Shown here: positions 30,701 through 42,675 of the stretch, piece after piece
How the letters are laid out: the number at the start of each line of letters is the position of its first letter
Numbering within the stretch: the first letter of the stretch is position 1
DNA from: Auanema rhodensis
Taxonomy: Eukaryota; Animalia; Nematoda
Assembly: GCA_964057225.1 (NCBI GenBank)
Contig: OZ059896.1
Location: 12,586,001 to 12,650,000, forward strand
DNA length: 64,000 nucleotides
Direction of reading: 5' to 3'
The notes under the pieces: model-generated
Told to the model about the DNA's origin: nothing
The model's input: the letters and a program-made list of their open reading frames with translations, nothing else
The model's database searches: none
Made by a program: the position numbers and the translations under genes

Positions 30701-33700
30701 TCCTACCCAGATTGATTGCTTTAGAGACATTTCTGTCTTATCTCATTATATTCTCAACTTTGACTTTGATTTTTCTAAAATTTCATTAATGTATAATTCA
30801 AAATATCATTTCTTGTGATCAGATTGTTAATCGTTATATCTGTAAACGTTTCTCTCGAAATAGCAAGTAGAGTGTTCAGTTGTACCCACTTAACAAAGAA
30901 AGTAGAAGAACATATATATTTAGAGCAAAAAAAGTGCGGAAAAGTCGTTATCTCGTTAACATCAGTTTCACTGCCCAAAACTCTGTTTATTGTCATTCTA
31001 CTTGCTATTTTGAGAGAAACGTTTACAGATATATATGAATATTTACTACACTAGCAAGCAGAAGAAAACCTTATACTAGTTCATTGTTTTTTTTAAATTT
31101 TTTTTCGGTATTTTTATTTTTTCACTGTCAAATCGGCAAGCACCTGCTGCACATGTGCGAGCTATTCGAGTGACCGATGCCCGAACAAGCCACGCTTAAA
31201 AAATGAGGCTGACATAACACGTTTTTCACTCCTACCCAGATTGATTGCTTTAGAGACATTTCTGTCTTATCTCATTATATTCTCTACTTTAACTTTGATT
31301 TTTCTAAAATTTCATTAATGTATAATTCAAAATATCATTTCTTGTGATCAGATTGTTAATCGTTATATCTGTAAACGTTTCTCTCGAAGTAGCAAGTAGA
31401 GTGTTCAGTTGTACCCACTTAACAAAGAAAGTAGAAGAACATATATATTTAGAGCAAAAAAAGTGCGGAAAAGTCGTTATCTCGTTAACATCAGTTTCAC
31501 TGTTCAAAACTCTGTTTATTGTCACTCTACTTGCTATTTCGAGAGAAACGTTTACAGATATATATGAATATTCACTACACTAGCAAGCAGAAGAAAACCT
31601 TATACTAGTTCATTGTTTCTTTTTAATTTTTTTCGGTATATTTATTTTTTCACTGTCAAATCGGCAAGCACCTGCTGCACATGTGCGAGCTATTCGAGTG
31701 ACCGATGCCCAAACGAGCCACGCTTAGAAAATGAGGCTGACATAACACGTTTTTCACTCTGTAGAGTTGTACCCACTTAACAAAGAAAGTAGAAGAACAT
31801 ATATATATAGAGAAAAGAAAGTGCGGAAAAGTAGTTATCTCGTTAACATCAGTTTCACTGCCCAAAACTCTGTTTATTGTCATTCTCCTTGCTATTTCGA
31901 GAGAAACGTTTACAGATATATATGAATATTTACTACACTAGCAAGCAGAAGAAAACCTTATACTAGTTCATTGTTTTTTTTTAAATTTTTTTCGGTATAT
32001 TTATTTTTTCACTGTCAAATCGGCAAGCACCTGCTGCACATGTGCGAGCTATTCGAGTGACCGATGCCCAAACGAACCACGCTTAGAAAATGAGGCTGAC
32101 ATAACACGTTTTTCACTCCTACCCAGATTGATTGCTTTAGAGACATTTCTGTCTTATCTCATTATATTCTCTACTTTAACTTTGATTTTTCTAAAATTTC
32201 ATTAATGTATAATTCAAAATATCATTTCTTGTGATCAGATTGTTAATCGTTATATCTGTAAACGTTTCTCTCGAAGTAGCAAGTAGAGTGTTCAGTTGTA
32301 CCCACTTAACAAAGAAAGTAGAAGAACATATATATTTAGAGCAAAAAAAGTGCGGAAAAGTCGTTATCTCGTTAACATCAGTTTCACTGTTCAAAACTCT
32401 GTTTATTGTCACTCTACTTGCTATTTCGAGAGAAACGTTTACAGATATATATGAATATTCACTACACTAGCAAGCAGAAGAAAACCTTATACTAGTTCAT
32501 TGTTTCTTTTTAATTTTTTTCGGTATATTTATTTTTTCACTGTCAAATCGGCAAGCACCTGCTGCACATGTGCGAGCTATTCGAGTGACCGATGCCCAAA
32601 CGAACCACGCTTAGAAAATGAGGCTGACATAACACGTTTTTCACTCCTACCCAGATTGATTGCTTTAGAGACATTTCTGTCTTATCTCATTATATTCTCT
32701 ACTCTAACTTTGATTTTTCTAAAATTTCATTAATGTATAATTCAAAATATCATTTCTTGTGATCAGATTGTTAATCGTTATATCTGTAAACGTTTCTCTC
32801 GAAATAGCAAGTAGAGTGTTCAGTTGTACCCACTTAACAAAAAAAGTAGAAGAACATATATATTTAGAGCAAAAAAAGTGCGGAAAAGTCGTTATCTCGT
32901 TAACATCAGTTTCACTGCCCAAAACTCTGTTTATTGTCATTCTACTTGCTATTTCGAGAGAAACGTTCACAGATATATATGAATATTCACTACACTAGCA
33001 AGCAGAAGAAAACCTTATACTAGTTCATTGTTTCTTTTTAATTTTTTTCGGTATATTTATTTTTTCACTGTCAAATCGGCAAGCACCTGCTGCACATGTG
33101 CGAGCTTTTCGAGTGACCGATGCCCAAACGAACCACGCTTAGAAAATGAGGCTGACATAACACGCTTTTCACTCCGACCCAGATTGATTGCTTTAGAGAC
33201 ATTTCTGTCTTATCTCATTATATTCTCAACTTTGACTTTGATTTTTCTAAAATTTCATTAATGTATAATTCAAAATATCATTTCTTGTGATCAGATTGTT
33301 AATCGTTATATCTGTAAACGTTTCTCTCGAAATAGCAAGTAGAGTGTTCAGTTGTACTCACTTAACAAAAAAAGTAGAAGAACATATATATTTAGAGCAA
33401 AAAAAGTGCGGAAAAGTCGTTATCTCGTTAACATCAGTTTCACTGCCCAAAACTCTGTTTATTGTCATTCTACTTGCTATTTCGAGAGAAACGTTCACAG
33501 ATATATATGAATATTCACTACACTAGCAAGCAGAAGAAAACCTTATACTAGTTCATTGTTTCTTTTTAATTTTTTTCGGTATATTTATTTTTTCACTGTC
33601 AAATCGGCAAGCACCTGCTGCACATGTGCGAGCTTTTCGAGTGACCGATGCCCAAACGAACCACGCTTAGAAAATGAGGCTGACATAACACGCTTTTCAC

Positions 33701-36700
33701 TCCGACCCAGATTGATTGCTTTAGAGACATTTCTGTCTTATCTCATTATATTCTCAACTTTGACTTTGATTTTTCTAAAATTTCATTAATGTATAATTCA
33801 AAATATCATTTCTTGTGATCAGATTGTTAATCGTTATATCTGTAAACGTTTCTCTCGAAATAGCAAGTAGAGTGTTCAGTTGTACCCACATAACAAAGAA
33901 AGTAGAAGAACATATATATTTAGAGCAAAAAAAGTGCGGAAAAGTCGTTATCTCGTTAACATCAGTTTCACTGCTCAAAACTCTGTTTATTGTCATTCTA
34001 CTTGCTATTTTGAGAGAAACGTTTACAGATATATATGAATATTTACTACACTAGCAAGCAGAAGAAAACCTTATACTAGTTCATTGTTTTTTTTAAATTT
34101 TTTTTCGGTATTTTTATTTTTTCACTGTCAAATCGGCAAGCACCTGCTGCACATGTGCGAGCTATTCGAGTGACCGATGCCCGAACAAGCCACGCTTAAA
34201 AAATGAGGCTGACATAACACGTTTTTCACTCCTACCCAGATTGATTGCTTTAGAGACATTTCTGTCTTATCTCATTATATTCTCTACTTTAACTTTGATT
34301 TTTCTAAAATTTCATTAATGTTTAATTCAAAATATCATTTATTGTGATCAGATTGTTAATCGTTATATCTGTAAACGTTTCTCTCGAAGTAGCAAGTAGA
34401 GTGTTCAGTTGTACCCACTTAACAAAGAAAGTAGAAGAACATATATATTTAGAGCAAAAAAAGTGCGGAAAAGTCGTTATCTCGTTAACATCAGTTTCAC
34501 TGTTCAAAACTCTGTTTATTGTCACTCTACTTGCTATTTCGAGAGAAACGTTTACAGATATATATGAATATTCACTACACTAGCAAGCAGAAGAAAACCT
34601 TATACTAGTTCATTGTTTCTTTTTAATTTTTTTCGGTATATTTATTTTTTCACTGTCAAATCGGCAAGCACCTGCTGCACATGTGCGAGCTATTTGAGTG
34701 ACCAATGCCCAAACGAGCCACGCTTAGAAAATGAGGCTGACATAACACGTTTTTCACTCTGTAGAGTTGTACCCACTTAACAAAGAAAGTAGAAGAACAT
34801 ATATATTTAGAGCAAAGAAAGTGCGGAAAAGTCGTTATCTCGTTAACATCAGTTTCACTGCCCAAAACTCTGTTTATTGTCATTCTCCTTGCTATTTCGA
34901 GAGAAACGTTTACAGATATATATGAATATTTACTACACTAGCAAGCAGAACAAAACCTTATACTAGTTCATTGTTTTTTTTTAATTTATTCGGTATATTT
35001 ATTTTTTCACTGTCAAATCGGCAAGCACCTGCTGCACATGTGCGAGCTATTCGAGTGACCGATGCCCAAACGAACCACGCTTAGAAAATGAGGCTGACAT
35101 AACACGTTTTTCACTCCTACCCAGATTGATTGCTTTAGAGACATTTCTGTCTTATCTCATTATATTCTCAACTTTGACTTTGATTTTTCTAAAATTTCAT
35201 TAATGTATAATTCAAAATATCATTTCTTGCGATCAGATGGTTAATCGTTATATCTGTAAACGTTTCTCTCGAAATAGCAAATAGAGTGTTCAGTTGTATC
35301 CACTTAACAAAGAAAGTAGAAGAACATATATATTTAGAGCAAAAAAAGTGCGGAGAAGTCGTTATCTCGTTAACATCAGTTTCACTGCCCAAAACTCTGT
35401 TTATTGTCATTCTACTTGCTATTTCGAGAGAAACGTTCACAGATATATATGAATATTTACTACACTAGCAAGCAGAAGAAAACCTTATACTAGTTCATTG
35501 TTTTTTTTTTAATTTTTTTCGGTATATTTATTTTTTCACTGTCAAATCGGCAAGCACCTGCTGCACATGTGCGAGCTATTTGAGTGACCGATGCCCAAAC
35601 GAACCACGCTCAGAAAATGAGGCTGACATAACACGTTTTTCACTCCTACCCAGATTGATTGCTTTAGAGACATTTCTGTCTTATCTCATTATATTCTCAA
35701 CTTTGACTTTGATTTTTCTAAAATTTCATTAATGTATAATTCAAAATATCATTTCTTGTGATCAGATTGTTAATCGTTATATCTGTAAACGTTTCTCTCG
35801 AAATAGCAAGTGGAGTGTTCAGTTGTACCCACTTAACAAAGAAAGTAGAAGAACATATATATTTAGAGCAAAAAAAGTGCGGAAAAGTCGTTATCTCGTT
35901 AACATCAGTTTCACTGCCCAAAACTCTGTTTATTGTCATTCTACTTGCTATTTCGAGAGAAACGTTCACAGATATATATGAATATTCACTACACTAGCAA
36001 GCAGAAGAAAACCTTATACTAGTTCATTGTTTTTTTTAAATTTTTTTTCGGTATTTTTATTTTTTCACTGTCAAATCGGCAAGCACCTGCTGCACATGTG
36101 CGAGCTATTCGAGTGACCGATGCCCGAACAAGCCACGCTTAAAAAATGAGGCTGACATAACACGTTTTTCACTCCTACCCAGATTGATTGCTTTAGAGAC
36201 ATTTCTGTCTTATCTCATTATATTCTCTACTTTAACTTTGATTTTTCTAAAATTTCATTAATGTATAATTCAAAATATCATTTATTGTGATCAGATTGTT
36301 AATCGTTATATCTGTAAACGTTTCTCTCGAAGTAGCAAGTAGAGTGTTCAGTTGTACCCACTTAACAAAGAAAGTAGAAGAACATATATATTTAGAGCAA
36401 AAAAAGTGCGGAAAAGTCGTTATCTCGTTAACATCAGTTTCACTGTTCAAAACTCTGTTTATTGTCACTCTACTTGCTATTTCGAGAGAAACGTTTACAG
36501 ATATATATGAATATTCACTACACTAGCAAGAAGAAGAAAACCTTATACTAGTTCATTGTTTCTTTTTAATTTTTTTCGGTATATTTATTTTTTCACTGTC
36601 AAATCGGCAAGCACCTGCTGCACATGTGCGAGCTATTTGAGTGACCAATGCCCAAACGAGCCACGCTTAGAAAATGAGGCTGACATAACACGTTTTTCAC

Positions 36701-37352
36701 TCTGTAGAGTTGTACCCACTTAACAAAGAAAGTAGAAGAACATATATATTTAGAGCAAAGAAAGTGCGGAAAAGTCGTTATCTCGTTAACATCAGTTTCA
36801 CTGCCCAAAACTCTGTTTATTGTCATTCTCCTTGCTATTTCGAGAGAAACGTTTACAGATATATATGAATATTTACTACACTAGCAAGCAGAAGAAAACC
36901 TTATACTAGTTCATTGTTTTTTTTTAATTTATTCGGTATATTTATTTTTTCACTGTCAAATCGGCAAGCACCTGCTGCACATGTGCGAGCTATTTGAGTG
37001 ACCGATGCCCAAACGAACCACGCTCAGAAAATGAGGCTGACATAACACGTTTTTCACTCCTACCCAGACTGATTGCTTTAGAGACATTTCTGTCTTATCT
37101 CATTATATTCTCAACTTTGACTTTGATTTTTCTAAAATTTCATTAATGTATAATTCAAAATATCATTTCTTGTGATCAGATTGTTAATCGTTATATCTGT
37201 AAACGTTTCTCTCGAAATAGCAAGTGGAGTGTTCAGTTGTACCCACTTAACAAAGAAAGTAGAAGAACATATATATTTAGAGCAAAAAAAGTGCGGAAAA
37301 GTCGTTATCTCGTTAACATCAGTTTCACTGCCCAAAACTCTGTTTATTGTCA

Positions 37353-40300
37353 TTCTACTTGCTATTTCGAGAGAAACGTTTACAGATATATATGAATATT
37401 TACTACACTAGCAAGCAGAAGAAAACCTTATACTAGTTCATTGTTTTTTTTTTTAATTTTTTTCGGTATATTTATTTTTTCACTGTCAAATCGGCAAGCA
37501 CCTGCTGCACATGTGCGAGCTTTTCGAGTGACCGATGCCCAAACGAACCACGCTTAGAAAATGAGGCTGACATAACACGTTTTTCACTCGTACCCAGATT
37601 GATTGCTTTAGAGACATTTCTGTCTTATCTCATTATATTCTCAACTTTGACTTTGATTTTTCTAAAATTTCATTAATGTATAATTCAAAATATCATTTCT
37701 TGTGATCAGATTGTTAATCGTTATATCTGTAAACGTTTTTCTCGAAATAGCAAGTAGAGTGTTCAGTTGTACCCACTTAACAAAGAAAGTAGAAGAACAT
37801 ATATATTTAGAGCAAAAAAAGTGCGGAAAAGTCGTTATCTCGTTAACATCAGTTTCACTGCCCAAAACTCTGTTTATTGTCATTCTACTTGCTATTTCGA
37901 GAGAAACGTTTACAGATATATATGAATATTTACTACACTAGCAAGCAGAAGAAAACCTTATACTAGTTCATTGTTTTTTTTTAATTTTTTTCGGTATATT
38001 TATTTTTTCTCTGTCAAATCGGCAAGCACCTGCTGCACATGTGCGAGCTATTCGAGTGACCGATGCCCAAACAAACCACGCTCAGAAAATGAGGCTGACA
38101 TAACACGTTTTTCACTCCTACCCAGATTGATTGCTTTAGAGACATTTCTGTCTTATCTCATTATATTCTCAACTTTGACTTTGATTTTTCTAAAATTTCA
38201 TTAATGTATAATTCAAAATATCATTTCTTGTGATCAGATTGTTAATCGTTATATCTGTAAACGTTTCTCTCGAAATAGCAAGTGGAGTGTTCAGTTGTAC
38301 CCACTTAACAAAGAAAGTAGAAGAACATATATATTTAGAGCAAAAAAAGTGCGGAAAAGTCGTTATCTCGTTAACATCAGTTTCACTGCCCAAAACTCTG
38401 TTTATTGTCATTCTACTTGCTATTTCGAGAGAAACGTTTACAGATATATATGAATATTTACTACACTAGCAAGCAGAAGAAAACCTTATACTAGTTCATT
38501 GTTTTTTTTTAATTTTTTTCGGTATATTTATTTTTTCACTGTCAAATCGGCAAGCACCTGCTGCACATGTGCGAGCTATTCGAGTGACCGATGCCCAAAC
38601 GAACCACGCTTAGAAAATGAGGCTGACATAACACGTTTTTCACTCCTACCCAGATTGATTGCTTTAGAGACATTTCTGTCTTATCTCATTATATTCTCAA
38701 CTTTGACTTTAATTTTTCTAAAATTTCATTAATGTATAATTCAAAATATCATTTCTTGTGATCAGATTGTTAATCGTTATATCTGTAAACGTTTCTCTCG
38801 AAATAGCAAGTGGAGTGTTCAGTTGTACCCACTTAACAAAGAAAGTAGAAGAACATATATATTTAGAGCAAAAAAAGTGCGGAAAAGTCGTTATCTCGTT
38901 AACATCAGTTTCACTGCCCAAAACTCTGTTTATTGTCATTCTACTTGCTATTTCGAGAGAAACGTTTACAGATATATATGAATATTTACTACACTAGCAA
39001 GCAGAAGAAAACCTTATACTAGTTCATTGTTTTTTTTTTTAATTTTTCTCGGTATATTTATTTTTTCACTGTCAAATCGGCAAGCACCTGCTGCACATGT
39101 GCGAGCTTTTCGAGTGACCGATGCCCAAACGAACCACGCTTAGAAAATGAGGCTGACATAACACGTTTTTCACTCGTACCCAGATTGATTGCTTTAGAGA
39201 CATTTCTGTCTTATCTCATTATATTCTCAACTTTGACTTTGATTTTTCTAAAATTTCATTAATGTATAATTCAAAATATCATTTCTTGTGATCAGATTGT
39301 TAATCGTTATATCTGTAAACGTTTTTCTCGAAATAGCAAGTAGAGTGTTCAGTTGTACCCACTTAACAAAGAAAGTAGAAGAACATATATATTTAGAGCA
39401 AAAAAAGTGCGGAAAAGTCGTTATCTCGTTAACATCAGTTTCACTGCCCAAAACTCTGTTTATTGTCATTCTACTTGCTATTTCGAGAGAAACGTTTACA
39501 GATATATATGAATATTTACTACACTAGCAAGCAGAAGAAAACCTTATACTAGTTCATTGTTTTTTTTTAATTTTTTTCGGTATATTTATTTTTTCACTGT
39601 CAAATCGGCAAGCACCTGCTGCACATGTGCGAGCTATTCGAGTGACCGATGCCCAAACGAACCACGCTTAGAAAATGAGGCTGGCATAACACGTTTTTCA
39701 CTCCTACCCAGATTGATTGCTTTAGAGACATTTCTGTCTTATCTCATTATATTCTCAACTTTGACTTTGATTTTTCTAAAATTTCATTAATGTATAATTC
39801 AAAATATCATTTCTTGTGATCAGATTGTTAATCGTTATATCTGTAAACGTTTCTCTCGAAATAGCAAGTAGAGTGTTCAGTTGTACCCACTTAACAAAGA
39901 AAGTAGAAGAACATATATATTTAGAGCAAAAAAAGTGCGGAAAAGTCGTTATCTCGTTAACATCAGTTTCACTGCCCAAAACTCTGTTTATTGTCATTCT
40001 ACTTGCTATTTCGAGAGAAACGTTTACAGATATATATGAATATTTACTACACTAGCAAGCAGAAGAAAACCTTATACTAGTTCATTGTTTTTTTTAAATT
40101 TTTTTCGGTATATTTATTTTTTCACTGTCAAATCGGCAAGCACCTGCTGCACATGTGCGAGCTATTCGAGTGACCGATGCCCAAACGAACCACGCTTAGA
40201 AAATGAGGCTGACATAACACGTTTTTCACTCCTACCCAGATTGATTGCTTTAGAGACATTTCTGTCTTATCTCATTATATTCTCAACTTTGACTTTGATT

Positions 40301-41582
40301 TTTCTAAAATTTCATTAATGTATAATTCAAAATATCATTTCTTGTGATCAGATTGTTAATCGTTATATCTGTAAACGTTTCTCTCGAAATAGCAAGTGGA
40401 GTGTTCAGTTGTACCCACTTAACAAAGAAAGTAGAAGAACATATATATTTAGAGCAAAAAAAGTGCGGAAAAGTCGTTATCTCGTTAACATCAGTTTCAC
40501 TGCCCAAAACTCTGTTTATTGTCATTCTACTTGCTATTTCGAGAGAAACGTTTACAGATATATATGAATATTTACTACACTAGCAAGCAGAAGAAAACCT
40601 TATACTAGTTCATTGTTTTTTTTTTAATTTTTTTCGGTATATTTATTTTTTCACTGTCAAATCGGCAAGCACCTGCTGCACATGTGCGAGCTTTTCGAGT
40701 GACCGATGCCCAAACGAACCACGCTTAGAAAATGAGGCTGACATAACACGTTTTTCACTCGTACCCAGATTGATTGCTTTAGAGACATTTCTGTCTTATC
40801 TCATTATATTCTCAACTTTGACTTTGATTTTTCTAAAATTTCATTAATGTATAATTCAAAATATCATTTCTTGTGATCAGATTGTTAATCGTTATATCTG
40901 TAAACGTTTTTCTCGAAATAGCAAGTAGAGTGTTCAGTTGTACCCACTTAACAAAGAAAGTAGAAGAACATATATATTTAGAGCAAAAAAAGTGCGGAAA
41001 AGTCGTTATCTCGTTAACATCAGTTTCACTGCCCAAAACTCTGTTTATTGTCATTCTACTTGCTATTTCGAGAGAAACGTTTACAGATATATATGAATAT
41101 TTACTACACTAGCAAGCAGAAGAAAACCTTATACTAGTTCATTGTTTTTTTTTAATTTTTTTCGGTATATTTATTTTTTCTCTGTCAAATCGGCAAGCAC
41201 CTGCTGCACATGTGCGAGCTATTCGAGTGACCGATGCCCAAACGAACCACGCTCAGAAAATGAGGCTGACATAACACGTTTTTCACTCCTACCCAGATTG
41301 ATTGCTTTAGAGACATTTCTGTCTTATCTCATTATATTCTCAACTTTGACTTTGATTTTTCTAAAATTTCATTAATGTATAATTCAAAATATCATTTCTT
41401 GTGATCAGATTGTTAATCGTTATATCTGTAAACGTTTCTCTCGAAATAGCAAGTGGAGTGTTCAGTTGTACCCACTTAACAAAGAAAGTAGAAGAACATA
41501 TATATTTAGAGCAAAAAAAGTGCGGAAAAGTCGTTATCTCGTTAACATCAGTTTCACTGCCCAAAACTCTGTTTATTGTCAT
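37353..41582. repeat. SNP-defined trimeric HOR (~1585-1586 bp) of full-length monomers
   Basis: The variant monomer with cactcgtacc and aaacgtttttctcg recurs at 37883, 39469 and 41054, each preceded by an aagtggagtg monomer. Confidence 0.8.
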
Positions 41583-42476
41583 TCTACTTGCTATTTCGAG
41601 AGAAACGTTTACAGATATATATGAATATTTACTACACTAGCAAGCAGAAGAAAACCTTATACTAGTTCATTGTTTTTTTTTAATTTTTTTCGGTATATTT
41701 ATTTTTTCACTGTCAAATCGGCAAGCACCTGCTGCACATGTGCGAGCTATTCGAGTGACCGATGCCCAAACGAACCACGCTTAGAAAATGAGGCTGGCAT
41801 AACACGTTTTTCACTCCTACCCAGATTGATTGCTTTAGAGACATTTCTGTCTTATCTCATTATATTCTCAACTTTGACTTTGATTTTTCTAAAATTTCAT
41901 TAATGTATAATTCAAAATATCATTTCTTGTGATCAGATTGTTAATCGTTATATCTGTAAACGTTTCTCTCGAAATAGCAAGTAGAGTGTTCAGTTGTACC
42001 CACTTAACAAAGAAAGTAGAAGAACATATATATTTAGAGCAAAAAAAGTGCGGAAAAGTCGTTATCTCGTTAACATCAGTTTCACTGCCCAAAACTCTAT
42101 TTATTGTCATTCTACTTGCTATGTCGAGAGAAACGTTTACAGATATATATGAATATTTACTACACTAGCAAGCAGAAGAAAACCTTATACTAGTTCATTG
42201 TTTTTTTTTAATTTTTTTCGGTATATTTATTTTTTCACTGTCAAATCGGCAAGCACCTGCTGCACATGTGCGAGCTATTCGAGTGACCGATGCCCAAACG
42301 AACCACGCTTAGAAAATGAGGCTGACATAACACGTTTTTCACTCCTACCCAGATTGATTGCTTTAGAGACATTTCTGTCTTATCTCATTATATTCTCAAC
42401 TTTGACTTTGATTTTTCTAAAATTTCATTAATGTATAATTCAAAATATCATTTCTTGTGATCAGATTGTTAATCGT

Positions 42477-42675
42477 TATATCTGTAAACGTTTCTCTCGA
42501 AATAGCAAGTAGAGTGTTCAGTTGTACCCACTTAACAAAGAAAGTAGAAGAACATATATATTTAGAGCAAAAAAAGTGCGGAAAAGTCGTTATCTCGTTA
42601 ACATCAGTTTCACTGCCCAAAACTCTGTTTATTGTCATTCTACTTGCTATTTCGAGAGAAACGTTTACAGATATA
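42477..42675. mobile_element. MITE-like foldback unit within each full monomer (representative copy): 40-bp inverted arms, 119-bp spacer
   Basis: Left arm tatatctgtaaacgtttctctcgaaatagcaagtagagtg (42477-42516). Right arm cattctacttgctatttcgagagaaacgtttacagatata (42636-42675) is 39/40 complementary, and the outer ends are TA. The inverted repeat is seen directly; MITE origin is inferred. Confidence 0.6.

Noticed and set aside
42150-42200. Helitron 3' end (CTAG motifs in the monomer)
   Set aside because: No GC-rich subterminal hairpin precedes either CTAG, and there is no Rep/helicase sequence.
42241-42300. Monomer GC core as a tRNA-Gly or sbRNA/Y-RNA derivative (minus strand GCATCGGT...GAATAGCTCGC...CTTGCCGAT)
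   Set aside because: Only short patchy matches, with no A/B box, no proper cloverleaf or second stem, and no T4 terminator on that strand.
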